From positions 6,283,149 through 6,347,148 of the forward strand of contig MU058213.1 in NCBI GenBank assembly GCA_013265495.1: a DNA stretch of 64,000 nucleotides, written 5' to 3'. The DNA is from Vicugna vicugna. Lineage: Eukaryota. The translations under genes and the position numbers were made by a program. Of the stretch, positions 36,925 to 49,689 are shown one piece after another; position 1 is the first letter of the stretch, and every line of letters begins with the position of its first letter. The notes beneath the pieces were generated by a model that worked only from the letters and a program-made list of their open reading frames with translations, was not told the origin of the DNA and did not search any database.

Positions 36925-37555
36925 AACAATAACTAACATTTCTTAAGCACCACTCTGTGCCATGCTGTAGCTCACCTGTTTTTTCTCATAGGATGCTCAG
37001 AATAACCCTATCAGCTCAGCAGTATTATTAGCCCCACTTTACAGTAAACCATTAGTATTATTACTACAGATATTATTAGCGTAGACATCGTACAGAATTA
37101 TTATTATTGAATTAATAGTGGCACAAACTTTTTATTCCATCTGTATGACTAGTACAGAAATCGTTAAAGTGTAGGAGCTCTTAGTGCAGAAAATAGTATC
37201 AGTGCTATTATTATAGGGCAGAAATTACTTCCAATTATTACTGTAGTACAGAAATTAGTACAAAAATGGTGCCATACTATTATTATATTATAGAAATTAT
37301 TAATACAGAGCATAGCATCAATGCAATTATTATAGTGTAGAAATTGGTTATTACAATATAGAAATTGTGCAAATGTGATATCAGTACTGTTGTTATAGTA
37401 CAGAAATTAATAATACAGAAAACCTTACCGGTACTATTATTGTTGGTCCCATTTTTTTTTAGAAAAATGAGGCTTGGAGAGGTGAAGCGAGCTGCCTTAC
37501 GGTTACAAGGTTGGCATTGGAGCTAGCTGAATGCACTCAGCTCTTAACCACTAAG
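36925..37555 (-). mobile_element. MIR SINE interrupted by a degenerate AT-rich tandem repeat (37045-37440)
   Basis: AACTAACATTTCTTAAGCAC...CCCCACTTTACAG on the left; CCCATTTT...GAGGCTTGGAGAGGTGAAG...CTCTTAACCACTA on the right. Confidence 0.7.
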
Positions 37556-38973
37556 TCATAATACTCTCCCCCACCTCCACCTTCCCCCCAGGGCAGGGAA
37601 TGAGTGTGGGGAAGGGGAAGGGAATCTGAGCTGTTTGTTTCTCAAACAATCAGTGACCGGAGGAGAAAGAACTCCAGGTACTTTTCTGGTGACCCAGAAC
37701 CACCAGGGAAATGGGTAACTAATCAACCTGGGAAACGTTCCCAAATCCTGTGTCTGGAAGAAAGAAACCATTTTCAAAGTTAGAAACGAGTTGAAATAAC
37801 GTTGCATTTAAACTCAGCTCAAGCAACAGGTATTTCTTGAGTGTCAGGCTTACACTAGGTGATTCATTTCGCTTTTGAGTTATGTCAAATTGTATTAGCT
37901 TCACGGTTACTTTATTCATGGGTTCTGCTCAATGAATGAACCGAGATCTCAGTCCCACAGGTCAGGGAGAGGTGTGAACAGAGCGCGGGCACAGGCTGGG
38001 ATTGGCTTTGGGAAGAGTCTTTGGGGCAGGGGCACGCGGGAGGGAGGGGTTCCTTCTGTCTGAGGTTGTAGGGAGCCCAGAACTGGAAGAGAAGCAGGAT
38101 GATCCTCGACCCTCAGAAGAAGCTAAGTGGTGTGTGCATATATTCCGGTAGAGACCACTGCGTTCCCACTAAGAATTCAGCCAGCAGCATGATTAGGGGA
38201 AGGATGTTAATTCAAGTATGAATGGGCATTTCTAGAGCAGTCCTCAGACTTCAATTCAACACAACTGCACCACTTCTTCTTCAGAACAGGGCAGACACAA
38301 GTGCAGGAAAAGTTTCCCACCCACCACTTCCGTCCACCAGAGGAGGGGAGTGCTTTGTGTCTCTCCTAGGTCCACGTCTGTGGGTGGATCTGCTGCTGCT
38401 CTTGAGGGGTGGGGGGACAGGGTGAGACGGGAGGGGCGTGCTGGGGGTAGGGGAGGGCTTCCCTTCTTGGGCTGGTTGCCCAGGTGTGTACAGGGATCCA
38501 GCTTTCTGCTCCTCCCTGAGCGAGGAGATGATGCCGGGGAGAGTCAGGGCTTGCGAGTGGAAAGGGGACTACGATGTGTGAGATGGAGATGAAAGGCTGG
38601 GGGTTTGGGGAAGATGGTGTAGGCAATTCACAAGTTTTGTTGGAAACAGGCTTCCTGGAGCATCAGAGTTCTAAGAAGCAGTTTCGGATTCTTTGTGAAG
38701 GGGGTGCTATTTCTTCCAGGCAGAATTCCTGTTCCTACCCTGGGGGCTGGTCGTCTCTGGACCAATCAAAAGACAGTTCTAAAGAAACAGCCTTGCAGTC
38801 AGTCCCCTTCTGTGCCATCTGCTATGGAGTGGCCCAAGGGGCGTCACTGAGCATCTGGGCTGAGAGAGCAGAGGGCGGCCCTCAGCAGAGTTGCATCAGG
38901 CCCTTTTGGACTTTTCTTTGCTGGCATTAAAATTAGCCTTGAACCCATTGAGAAAGGTGTTTTCTGAGCCCTC

Positions 38974-39495
38974 TGTGGAGAGAAAAATCAATCACAAACT
39001 TTACAGTGAGAAAAATCAATTCAACACGCTTACCCTCTGTTTTAACCACACTACCATGGGTCAGGCCAGACGTGGATCATGCGAGCAACCGGAAAGAGTG
39101 TTACAGCTTTGTGATACTCACAGCTCCCTGGGGGGAAGCAGAGGGCCACTCAGGGGAAGAACCGGGGACGGTCACAAGCAGAGGGGAAAGCGGAACCGGG
39201 GACAAGCACCTTATCGTGGCTTCTGTGAGAAGGAAGAGGCAAGATCAGGTTGCAGGCTTAGGACTGGCTGACTTGAATAATTTCAGCTGGCTCTGGGGCA
39301 TAGGGGCTGTCCCTGGCTTCCCGGTACCCAGCCCTGGAGGGACTGGTGTGGTATATAGCAGCCTGGAGGGTGAGTATCTTATAGGGAGGTGGGTGGGGTA
39401 TGGATTTAATTGACGGCTCAAAAGGAGGAACTGACTGGCCTCTAGGGAGGCCCTCAAAACTGAGTCAAGACAGCATTTGAATAAATTGTATTACG
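38974..39495 (-). mobile_element. ERVL-class solo LTR (MER54/MER74-like)
   Basis: TAGGACTGGCTGACTTGAATAATTTCAGCTGGCTCTGGGGCATAGGGGCTGTCCCT recalled as this family. Confidence 0.6.
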
Positions 39496-39574
39496 CCTTG
39501 TGAACCTAGGAATGAAAACCTGATTTCCTTACTTCAGGGGACATATAAACTTAAGAATATATAAAAGTCTCTCA

Positions 39575-39741
39575 TGGTGGGAGGGCTCAGTGGTAGAACA
39601 CATGCTTAGCATGCATGAGGTCCTGGGTTCAATGCCCAGTCCCTCCATTAAAATAAACAACTAAATAAATAACCTAATTATGTCCCCACACAACAAAACA
39701 ACCCCCCCAAAAAACCAAAAACAAACAATAAATAATTTTTT
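39575..39741 (+). mobile_element. tRNA-Ala-derived camelid SINE (Vic-1 type)
   Basis: GCTCAGTGGTAGAACACATGCTTAGCATGCATGAGGTCCTGGGTTCAAT; TSD AAAGTCTCT. Confidence 0.9.
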
Positions 39742-39964
39742 TAAAGTCTCTTTACTTAAGCCTAAATTTGAAGAGTTCTAAGCCATTACCTGCTCTTCCT
39801 CATTCGCATGTAAGAGTTCTAATTCAAGCCACTGGAAGACGGTGGTCTTCATTTCTCAGGAAAAGGCCTGGAAACCTATTGGCTTTGGAAGGGTTAGCTT
39901 CCTCCCAGGTGATCCTGTCATCCTTAGAGTAGGGAGACGGGGGTCAGGCTGTGATGAGGCTCTA

Positions 39965-41036
39965 ATAGGCAGAACAGTGGCTCCCCCAAAGATGTACACA
40001 TTTTGGCCGTGGAACTTGTGAATGTGTTACCTTACATGGCAAAAGGGAAGTAGGGTTGCAGGTGCTAATCTTGAGATGGAGCCAGTCTAATCAGGAATCC
40101 TTAAAAGTGGAAGAGGGAGGCAGAGAGAGGAGCAGAGAAATGCCATGTGAAAAAGACTCAACTCGCTGTTGCTGGCTTTGAAGATGGAGGAAGGGGCCAC
40201 ATGCCAAGGAATGCGAGCAGCCCCTCGGAGCTGGAAAAGACAAGGATAGGGAGCCTTTTCTGGAGCCTCCAGAAGGGAATGTAGCCCTGCCAACACCTCA
40301 GTCTTAGCCCAGCCAGGTCTCTATTGGACCTCTGACCTACAGAACTGTACGGTAATAATCTGTACCGTGATAAGGTTCTAAATTCATGGTAATTTTTTAA
40401 ACATTTTTCATTGAGTTATAATCATTTTACAATGTTGTGTCAAATTCTAGTGTGTAGCACAATTTTTCAGTTATACATGAACATACATATATTCATTGTC
40501 ACTTTTTTTTCTCTGTGAGATACCATAAGATCTTATATATATTTCCCTGTGCTATACAGTATGAGCTTGTTTATCTATTCTACATTTTTAAATCCCAGTC
40601 TGTCCCTTCCCACTCCCCACCCCCTTGGCAACCACAAGTTTGTATTCTATGTCTATGAGTCTGTTTCTGTTTTGTATTTATGTTTTGTTTGTTTGGTTTT
40701 TTTAGATTCCACATATGAGCGATCTCATATGGTATTTTTCTTTCTCTTTCTGGCTTACTCCACTTAGAATGACATTCTCCAGGAGCATCCACGTTGCTGC
40801 AAATGGTGTTATGTTGTTGTTTTTTATGGCTGAATAGTATTCCATTGTATAAATATACCACCTCTTCTGTATCCAGTCATCTGTTGATGGACATTTAGGC
40901 TGTTTCCATGTCTTGACTATTGTAAATAGTGCTGCTATGAACATTGGGGTGCAGGTGTTTTTTTGAAGTAGGGTTCCTTCTGGATATATGCCCAGAAATA
41001 AATTCATGGCAATTTTTTAATGATGGCAACAGCAAT
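39965..41036 (+). mobile_element. MaLR solo LTR (MLT1D-like), interrupted by L1
   Basis: CCCCCAAAGATGT...GTGAATGTGTTACCTTACATGGCAAAAGGGA...GCTGGCTTTGAAGATGGAGGAAGGGGCCA. Confidence 0.88.
40399..40998 (-). mobile_element. Lineage-specific L1 3' end
   Basis: ORF2 C-terminal remnant (40702-41007); TSD TAAATTCATGGYAATTTTTT at 40379-40398 and 40999-41018. Confidence 0.95.
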
Positions 41037-41354
41037 TGTAGAGGGACTGAAAGAGCTTTAGCCGTCTTTGAGTGACAGAGTGACTGCCTGTTCAGAACCA
41101 CTCTCCTGTACCTCTTGCTACTAAGCACACTCAATACCAAAGATTTGTTTTTAAGCAGAAATAGATTTATAAAAGGGACATTCAGTAGCTCACAGAAACT
41201 CTGGAAAGGCCATAGAACCGGTTCTGGAGCACACAGCCAGGAACCATGTCCAACCAGACCGTGGGACTGTTTTCCTAAAACAACAACAAAAAAATCTATT
41301 TACTTATTTTGAAAAGACAGGAAAAGGAAAAACAGCAATAATGGGTCTTTAGTA

Positions 41355-41719
41355 AGACAGTCACCTCTGTGGGCCACTGGGGCTCAGTTCTGTTGGGGAC
41401 CCTCTGGGAAACTGTACAGCAGATTTCACAGTTGTCTTCCCAGAAGATGGGAGGACTGGGGCTTTTTTCCACTGCCTCCTGTCCCCCGGTGGTTGAGCAT
41501 TGACCCCGAGGGAGTAAACTGTCTCAGTTTCCAGGTTGTACCTAAACACCAGTGTTCACATCCTTGGAGCTGCAGCGAGCTCTTTGGCGGGGAAGCAGGG
41601 CAGTGCATCGTTTGAGATGGAAAGTCTTCAGCACAGCAGAAACTGTGACCCACGAGGGTGAGTGAACTCAAACCCAGGCTGAGAATATGCAGTGTGGGGC
41701 ATCAGTATCACCTGCCGCA
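41355..41719 (-). mobile_element. ERVL LTR (LTR33-like)
   Basis: GGGGACCCTCTGGGAAACTGT...CTGGGGCTTTTTTCCAC...GGTTGAGCATTGACCCC. Confidence 0.55.
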
Positions 41720-41879
41720 AGCCCTCCTAGGATGAGCTGCTGACACCTGCCACCCCTTTCCACCTCTCTCTCCACACGCCCATGTACACCACAAATACAC
41801 TGTATTTATCACGTGCAGGGCACTGTCATTTATTACATCAGTGAGCCTTTGTAATGACCCTATTGGGTGCATTTTAAAG

Positions 41880-42092
41880 AGCTGTAATACTTAGAGGATA
41901 TTGGAATCATTCCAAAGTGTGCTGGAACAGTTCAATTTTAAAATGTAACTGTGCTAGAAATTACATCTTTTGCAACTATTTGAAATTATGGTGATATTTT
42001 TTAGATGTCAACTTTAGAATGTGCAGGGGTGGGGCGCATAGGTTTTTGAAATTCTTTCTGCGGTAAGCAGCTGAAGATTTTGTAAGCCACTA
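41880..42092. mobile_element. hAT-Charlie-type DNA transposon fragment
   Basis: ATTACATCTTTTGCAACTATTTGAAATTATG...TTTTTGAAATTCTTT. Confidence 0.4.
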
Positions 42093-43061
42093 TCCTACAC
42101 TTCGACAGGTGTGTCTTCCCCAGGTGATGTGCCCAGAACCCCTAAAGCGGTTGGTGGGGGAGGAGGGGTTGTGGTGAAGCAGTTAGAGGAGCTTCTGTCA
42201 CTGCTCTGAAGGAATCCTGGGAAGTTACTGAAAGGAAAATCAAAGCTAGCGACTTTATAGATAGAAAGTGAGTCTACCCTGTTGAAGGTCCACATGGATG
42301 ATGGCTGAGCACTCCAGCATCCTGCTCCTGTGGTCCCTCCCAGAGTTTGTGGAAGCTGAGTCAGTGGCTCCAGTGCCATCCCCACTCGAATGTCATCTCC
42401 CCTGTCATATTTACTTGATTTTCTTAATATCACCTCCTCAAGCCCTAAGTGTTAAGCTTACTCTATGATCAAAATAGTGAAAAAAAGAAGAAAGACTTAT
42501 TCTACTTTCCCAGGAAGGCATTAAGACTTTCTCTTCCAGGGAACCAAATGAACACTATAGCATAAGCTGCGTGGTGCACTGAGGATGCAGCAGCAGCTGG
42601 GAGGTAGTGCTAAGACTGTGCGCATAGACCGGCTGTAGAGGTGAGGCAATGAACAGTGGCCACCGAAAACCCTTCATGCAGAAAAGAGATGCCTTGTAAC
42701 TTACCCAAAGTGATTTTCACAACCAATCAAATTCATCCGCTGTAACCCAGTGTTTCCACTTTCATAAGATAACATTCTCTAATTCACAGGGATAAGCACT
42801 TTAGTTCTATGGTCTCTCTGGAACCCATTCTCTCCAAGAGTGAGTTAAGAAAGCTTAAAAAGGTTGTTAGAATTCAGTCTGATCAATAGCTCATACCAAG
42901 TTGCAGAAGTGCTTCTCAAGATTGGTACAGTGATCACTTCAGTTCACTTTTCCAGCTATTTTTTCCCTCCAAATGTTGTCCATGCTAGCAATAGGCATGG
43001 TAGGAAAAAACTTTAATGAATAACTTTTCTTGCTCTGATTCCTTTGTGAAACTTGGTAACA

Positions 43062-43265
43062 CAGGAGTAAGAGCTTGGGCTTTGAAGCCAGAAGAGCGTG
43101 AGTTTACATTTGGGCTCCATCACTTATTAGTTGTGAAGCTTGACTAGTGTGGCGTGGCCGTGATGGTTCCTCCTCTCAGGATTGCTGCGCGGACTCAGCG
43201 AGGCCATGTGGGCAGGGAGCCCGGGACACTGGTATGCAATAAACGATGGCCAGGATTGTCACAAT
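43062..43265 (+). mobile_element. MIR SINE
   Basis: AAGAGCTTGGGCTTTGAAGCCAGA...GGCTCCATCACTTATTAGTTGTG. Confidence 0.65.
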
Positions 43266-44740
43266 CATCATTATCTTTTGATCTGTAATTTGGTTTCTGG
43301 ATAGACTGACTGCAGGAAAAAAATCTTATGTGGAAGACTGACCCAAATCTTTTGGCTTTTTTTTTTTCTTCAGCTAGTTATAAAATCAGAAATTCCTATT
43401 CTAGTTTAAAATCACTTCTGGTAAGTTTGGTTACTGAAATCATTTCACCAGTTTGATTAACTCTTTGGATTAGAAAACATTTACAAACACCATCTCATTT
43501 AAGTCTCTTAAAAACCTATGAGTCAACCAAACAAATAATATTACTCCTTTTCCCATTTAGGGAAATGGGAAGTAAGATTAAGACATATTAAATAACCCTC
43601 ACCTCTGTTCTCCTTTTCTCCTCTCTAGGAGCTGCCCTAGTAACCTCTTGTACATGAGGTTAAAATGTCACATATTTCATCAGAGCCCATTTTAAGCTTT
43701 CCTTTCCTCTTTTCAGAAGAAAAGAACTCATTCTTTTCTGACCTTCTATAGTACTCAAAGTGTGAACCATATACTTTAGCGCCTTTTTACTCTTTCATTT
43801 CTTCCCAGTGGTCTCTCTTTCTCTCTCTCTTTTCTTTTGCATATCCTTTTTTTAAACTCTGGCCAGCAAGACAAGAAACCTCTGAACTTTGGGTCTCACT
43901 CCCCAGGCCCCTCTCCCCATTACTCTCATCAGCCCAGAGTTGGACTCAGAGCAAGTGCATGGTGGAAACTTGATTGATTCACAGGGAGTTTACCTGAAAT
44001 GATGGCCTAGAAAATCCACTGCAGGATAAAAATGGAGAATCACTCCTTGGGGACTGCTATCTAAGAAGCAGGACAAAAATGTTCCTGCTGGGAAATTGAA
44101 ATGCAAAAAGCCAGCACGGGCAGGGAACACATCAATTCTCTGCAGCTTCCAGCGCTGATTCTGGCTATCCCCATCATACCTCTCTAAGTTTATACCGCCT
44201 GAACATGCCTTTAGTCACAGTGTCCCCCAGTCGTGGCACTGTGACCATGTGTAGGTGGGGACATCCTTCTGTGGCTTTATGACACTCTGTTCTGCCTTCT
44301 GCGGGAATGAGAATCAACTTCATTGTCTACAAAAAAAAATTAAACAACTCTTAACCGAGGGACGCTAAATAGCAACTGATATTTTTAGAGACTCTCTTAA
44401 ATTAGGACAGCTGAGTTTAATGGAAAAATAAACATCTTTTGTACTGAATATCTGTTGCATATTGTTGCATGCTGACTATCAGCCTAGACAGAATTTTCCC
44501 ATTTGTTTCTTTTCATCCTGGTTCTTTTTATGATTTATTATATAATCAAATAGATACTCCTTATAAATTCCAAATGGCAAGATATTCCTGGGGTTCTTTC
44601 AAAACACAAAATTCCAGATTCTTCCCAGTGATTCTGATTACCAGGGTTCCTATCTCCTGAACTACTGTTTCTTCCCCAGTGAAAAAAGCAAAGCTCTTGA
44701 AGACTCTACCAAATCCTGATGGAGTCATGTTCACCAGGCG

Positions 44741-44898
44741 AATGCTTCTCAGTGTTAAAGTTCAGGTGAATCAACTGGGAATCTTGTTAAAATGAAGATT
44801 CAGTTTCACAGACCTGATGTGGGACCTTTGACTCTGCCTTCTGACACAGAGATGGTGCTGGTGCCCCTGGCCCACAGACCACATTTTGGGTAGCAATG
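44741..44898. mobile_element. MER5-type hAT-Charlie element
   Basis: GAATCAACTGGGAATCTTGTTAAAATGAAGATT...GACCACATTTTGGGTAGCA. Confidence 0.75.
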
Positions 44899-45010
44899 TT
44901 CCACACAGAATTGGGTCTCCATGGAAAGGCAGGTCCTTGAGAGCCTGAACTAGAGTTCTTGTGCGGAAGCAGATGTGGTCCCTATCACTGGAGGTCAGAA
45001 AGGTCCTTAA

Positions 45011-45483
45011 ATTTTTTTGTTGTTCTTTGTTTTTTTATTTTTATTTTTAATTTATGAACTTTATTTTTTTAGAGCAGTTTCAGGTTCTCAGCAAAATTGA
45101 GCAGAAAATAGAGTTCATACATAGCCCTCCCTACCCACACATACATATTCCCTTACCCTCAACATCCCTCATCAGTGTGGCATATTTGGTACAATCGATA
45201 AACCAACATGGACACATTATTATTAACCAAAGTCCATAGTTTACCTTAAGGTTCACTCTTGATGTTGTACATTCTATGGGTTTTGACAAATGCATAATGA
45301 CATGTAGCCACCACTATAGTATCATACAGAACAATTTCATTGCCCTAAAAATCCCTTGTGCTCCATCTATTCATTCCTCCCTCCCTCCCTCTCCCCAAAC
45401 CCCTGGAAACCACAATCTTTTTATTCTTTCTGTAGCTGTGCCGTTTCCAGAATGTCCTTTGGTTGGAATTATACAGCTTGTAG
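45011..45483 (-). mobile_element. L1MC1-like 3' end
   Basis: TTTAGAGCAGTTTCAGGTTCTCAGCAAAATTGAGCAG...CATTCTATGGGTTTTGACAAATG; TSD CAGAAAGGTCCT(T)AA. Confidence 0.9.
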
Positions 45484-46199
45484 CCAGAAAGGTCCTAAGT
45501 TTTAGGTGATTTTGCTCTGAAAGCATAACAAGCTGGGGAAGACCTGAGTTTCTAAAGGAAAATGGGTAGCTGCTTCTTAGGGTGTAGTAAGAAACAGCCA
45601 CTGGCTGGGAGCTCTCCCTGGTGCTGCTGGAGACTTCTCCCGTCTCCTTTCCTCACAGGATCCCCTCCTGAATTTCAGCTCTTTTGTCTAAAACATCAGC
45701 CTAAATCCTTGCTTGAAAATGTGCCCTGCTTGGACTTGGATGCTGTACTATCCCTCTTATTTATTTCTGGCCAATACCTGGTCCTGCCTGGGAAAAAGTA
45801 TTGAGATCTTTAAGCTCTTTCCTTGGGGATGGATTTTCTAAACCATCAAACCCTGATTGTCTATCTATCTATCTATTTATCCATCCATCCATCCATCCAT
45901 CTATCATCTGTCTCTGCTTTAATTTGATGTTTTTGACCAGGAAAGGAAAAGAAAGTTCATTATGGCCATATTTTCATAAACAAAGTAAGGTAAAGGGATA
46001 GCATATGTGCCTTTTACATAGCTTGTGTTCAGTGCATACCTTTTTTTTTTTTAAATTTGAGGTAAAATACACAGAAATAAAATTAAGCATTTTAAAGTAT
46101 ACAATTTACGTATTGCAGTATTCAGTGTACGTGTACTTTCATGCTGTTGTGCAACCACTCCTTCTATCTAGTCCCAGAAAACATTTAATGCATATTAAA

Positions 46200-46307
46200 A
46201 TTTTTTTTTGTCGGGGAGATAGGTAACTAGGTTTATTTATTTGTTTTTAGAGGAGGTACTGGGGACTGAACCTGGGACCTCATGCACGGTAAGCATGCGC
46301 TCGACCA
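46200..46307 (-). mobile_element. 5'-truncated camelid tRNA-SINE (Vic-1 type)
   Basis: GGTAACTAGGTTTATTT...GGAGGTACTGGGGACTGAACC; TSD TTAATGCATA. Confidence 0.85.
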
Positions 46308-46541
46308 TTAATGCATACGTTTTGAAAGCTATGTGAAAACAAAGATTCCTTGGATAATTCAGAAGAAATTTCTGTCATTGATTTAATTCATTAAGCAATT
46401 TATTAACTCTTAAAACTATAAATATTTTAATTGTATGAATAGTTTTTCACTTTGTCTTTTATTTGCCTATGTGGTAATGATAATAATAGCTATTATTTAT
46501 GGAATGTCTATGAATGCCAGACACTTTACATATATTTTCTT

Positions 46542-49110
46542 TTTTTCCATTCTTTTTTAAAAAATTTTTTATTGAAGTATAGTCAGTTTACAATGTGTCA
46601 ATTTCTGATGTACAGCATAATGCTTCAGTCATAGATGTACATACATACATTCTTTTTCATTATAGGTTACTATAAGATGTTGAATATAGTTCCCTGTGCT
46701 ATGCAGAAGAAACTTTTTTATTTTATGTGTAGTAGTTAGTATCTGCAAATCTCGAACTCCCAGTTTATCCCTTCCAACCCCCTTCCCTCTCTGGTAACCG
46801 TAAGTTTGTTTTCTATATCTGTGAGTCTGTGTCTGTTTTGTAAGTAAGTTAATTTGTGTCTTTTTTTTTTCAGATTCCACGTATAAGTGATATCATATGG
46901 TATTTTTCTTTATCTTTCTGGCTTCCTTCCCTTAGAATGACAATCTCCAGGTCCATCTATGTTGCTGCAAATGGCATTATTTTATTCTTTTTTATGGCTG
47001 AGTAGTATTCCACTGTATAAATATACCACAATTTCTTTATCTAGTCATCTGTCAGTGGACATTTAGGTTGTTTCCATGTCTTGGCTACTGTAAATAGTGC
47101 TGCTATGAACACTGGGGTGAATGTATTCTTTTCAAATTTGAGTTCCCTCTGATATATGCCCAGGAGTGTGATTGCTGGATCATATAGTGACTCTCTTTTT
47201 AGTTTTTTAAGGAATCTCCATACTGTTTTCCATAACAACTGCACCAAACTACATTCTCACCAATAGCATAGGAAGGTTCCCTTTTCTCTACACCCTTTCC
47301 AGCATTTATTGTTTGTGGCCTTTTTAATGATGGCCATCCTGACTGGTATGAAGTGATACCTCGTTGTAGTTTTGATTTGCATTTCTCTGAGAATTAGTGA
47401 TATTGAGCATTTTTTCACGTGCCTATTGGCCATTTGTATGTCTTCATTGGAGAATGTCTTATTTTGGTCTTCTGCCCATTTTTGCACTGAGTTGTTTGTT
47501 TTTTTGTTGTTATTAAGTTGTATGAGCTGTTACTATAGATCTTTAATTGACTCCTTGAAATAGAACTTTTTGGGTTGTTTGTTTTTGTTAAGTTTTATGA
47601 ACTGTTTGTATATTCTGGAAATTAAGCCTTTGTCAGTTGCGTCATTTGCAAATATGTTCTCCCATTCCATAGGTTGTCTTTTTGTTTTGTTTATGATTTC
47701 CTTTACTGTGCAAAAGCTTCTGAGTTTAATTAGGCCACATTTGTTTATTTTTGCTCTTATTTCTATTGCTTGGGTAGACTGCCCTAGGAGAACATTGCTA
47801 AGATTTATGTCAGAAAATATTTTGCCTATGTTTTCTTCTAGGAGGTTTATAGTGTCTTGTCTTATGTTTAAGTCTTTAAGCCATTTTGAGTTTATTTTTG
47901 TGTATGATGTGAGGGACTGTTCTAACTTCATTTATTTACATGCTGCTGTCTAGTTTTCCCAAAACTACTTGCTGAAGAGAAAATATTTTCTCCATATTCT
48001 TGCCTCCTTTGTCTAAGATTAATTGACCGTAAGTGTGTGGGTTTATTTCTGGGCTCTGTATTTCTGTTCCATTGATCCATATGTCTATTTTGTGCCAACA
48101 CAACACTGTTTTGATTACTGTAGTTCTATTGTATTGTCTGAAGTCTGAGAAGGTTATTCCTCCAGCTTCATTCTTTTTCTTCAGTATTGCTCAGGCAATT
48201 CTGTGTTTTTTGTGATTCCATACAAATTTTAGGATTATTTGTTTTAGTTCTGTGAAAAGTGTTCTGGGTAATTTGATAGGGATCACATTAAATCTGTAGA
48301 TTGCTTTGGGTAGGATGGCCATTTTAACAATACTAATTCTTTCAATCCAAGATCATGGGATATCTTTCCATTTGTTTAAATCATCTTTAATTTCCTTAAT
48401 CAGTGTTTTGTAGTTCTCATCATATAAGTCTTTCACCTCCTTGGTCAAGTTTATTCCTAACTACTTTTTTAAAATACAATTTTAAAGGGTATTGTCTCTT
48501 TACTTTCATTTTCTGATATTTCATTGTTAGTGTAAAGAAATGCAACTGAATTCTTATGTTAATCCTGCATCCTGATACCTTGCTGAATTCTTTTATCAGG
48601 TCTAGTAGTTTTTGTGTGGAACCTTTAGAGTTTTCTATACATAGTATCATGTCATCCACATATACTGACAGTTTTACCTCTTCTCCTCCAATTTGGATCT
48701 CTTTTATTTCTTTTTCTTGCTTGATTGATATGGCTAGGACTTCCAATCCTAGAAGTGGTGAGAGTGGGCATCCTTGTCTTGTTCCAGATTTTAGTGGGGA
48801 AGTCTTTTAACTTTCCACAATTGAGTACTATGTTGGCTGTGAGTTTGTCATAAATAGCTTTTATTATGTTGAGATATGTTCCTTCTATATCCACTTTAAA
48901 TGGGTGTTGAATTTTACCAAATGCTTTTTCTGCATCTATTGAGATGATCATGTGATTTTTTTTTGTCCTTTCTTTTGATGTGATGTATCACATAAGATTG
49001 ATTTGTGTAAGTTGAATCATCTTTGTGTCTTTGGGATGAATCCAGCTTGATCACAGTGTATGATCTTTTTTATGTGTTGTTGGATTCTGTTTGCTAATAT
49101 TTTGTTGAGA
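46542..49110 (-). mobile_element. 5'-truncated L1 (~2.6 kb; RT through 3'UTR) inserted in a MIR
   Basis: ORF2 remnants [41 protein letters not shown]; many stops and frameshifts; TSD ATATATTTTCTT. Confidence 0.97.
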
Positions 49111-49122
49111 ATATATTTTCTT

Positions 49123-49295
49123 ATTTAAGCCTCAGAACAACCTAATTAAACAGGAATTATTATTAAGTCTTGATAGAAAAGAACACTGAAGCTCAGAGAT
49201 TTTAATTAACTTGCCCAAGTCCACACAGATACCCAGTGGCAGAGCTGAGGCTTAATCCAAGCCAGTATGACTCCAGGACTTGATCTCTTAATCAC
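49123..49295 (-). mobile_element. MIR SINE (other part at ~46480-46541)
   Basis: CACTGAAGCTCAGAGATTTTAATTAACTTGCCCAAG...GTGGCAGAGCTGAG. Confidence 0.8.
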
Positions 49296-49689
49296 AACAA
49301 AATAGTACCTCATGTGGACACAGACTTATTCTCTGTTGCAAGTATGGATTTTAAAGAAAGTTAAACTGTAACCAAGCAAGAAACTGGATACATGTAAACT
49401 CGAGATTATATGCTTGGAAACAAGAAATGAGAAAAATAACAAAACACCAGAAATCTTCATAGAGCTGTTCAAAATTAGGGAGCTTTTGCCAGAAGTTTTT
49501 CATTTAATTTAAAGGACTTGTATTTAATTATTCACCTGTCAGGATTTTTAAATCACGGTTTTAAACTATTACCTCTTTTCTCTTGAGTCACTGATTTCCC
49601 TTTGCTGGATCACTACTGTCAGAAAGGAAAGCTGTTCTAATGTCTTATATTTTAAAAACCAAAATAAAACAAAATAAAAAATCTTTCTA

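Noticed and set aside
46629..48951. Functional reverse transcriptase gene
   Set aside because: 5'-truncated L1 ORF2 broken by many stops and frameshifts
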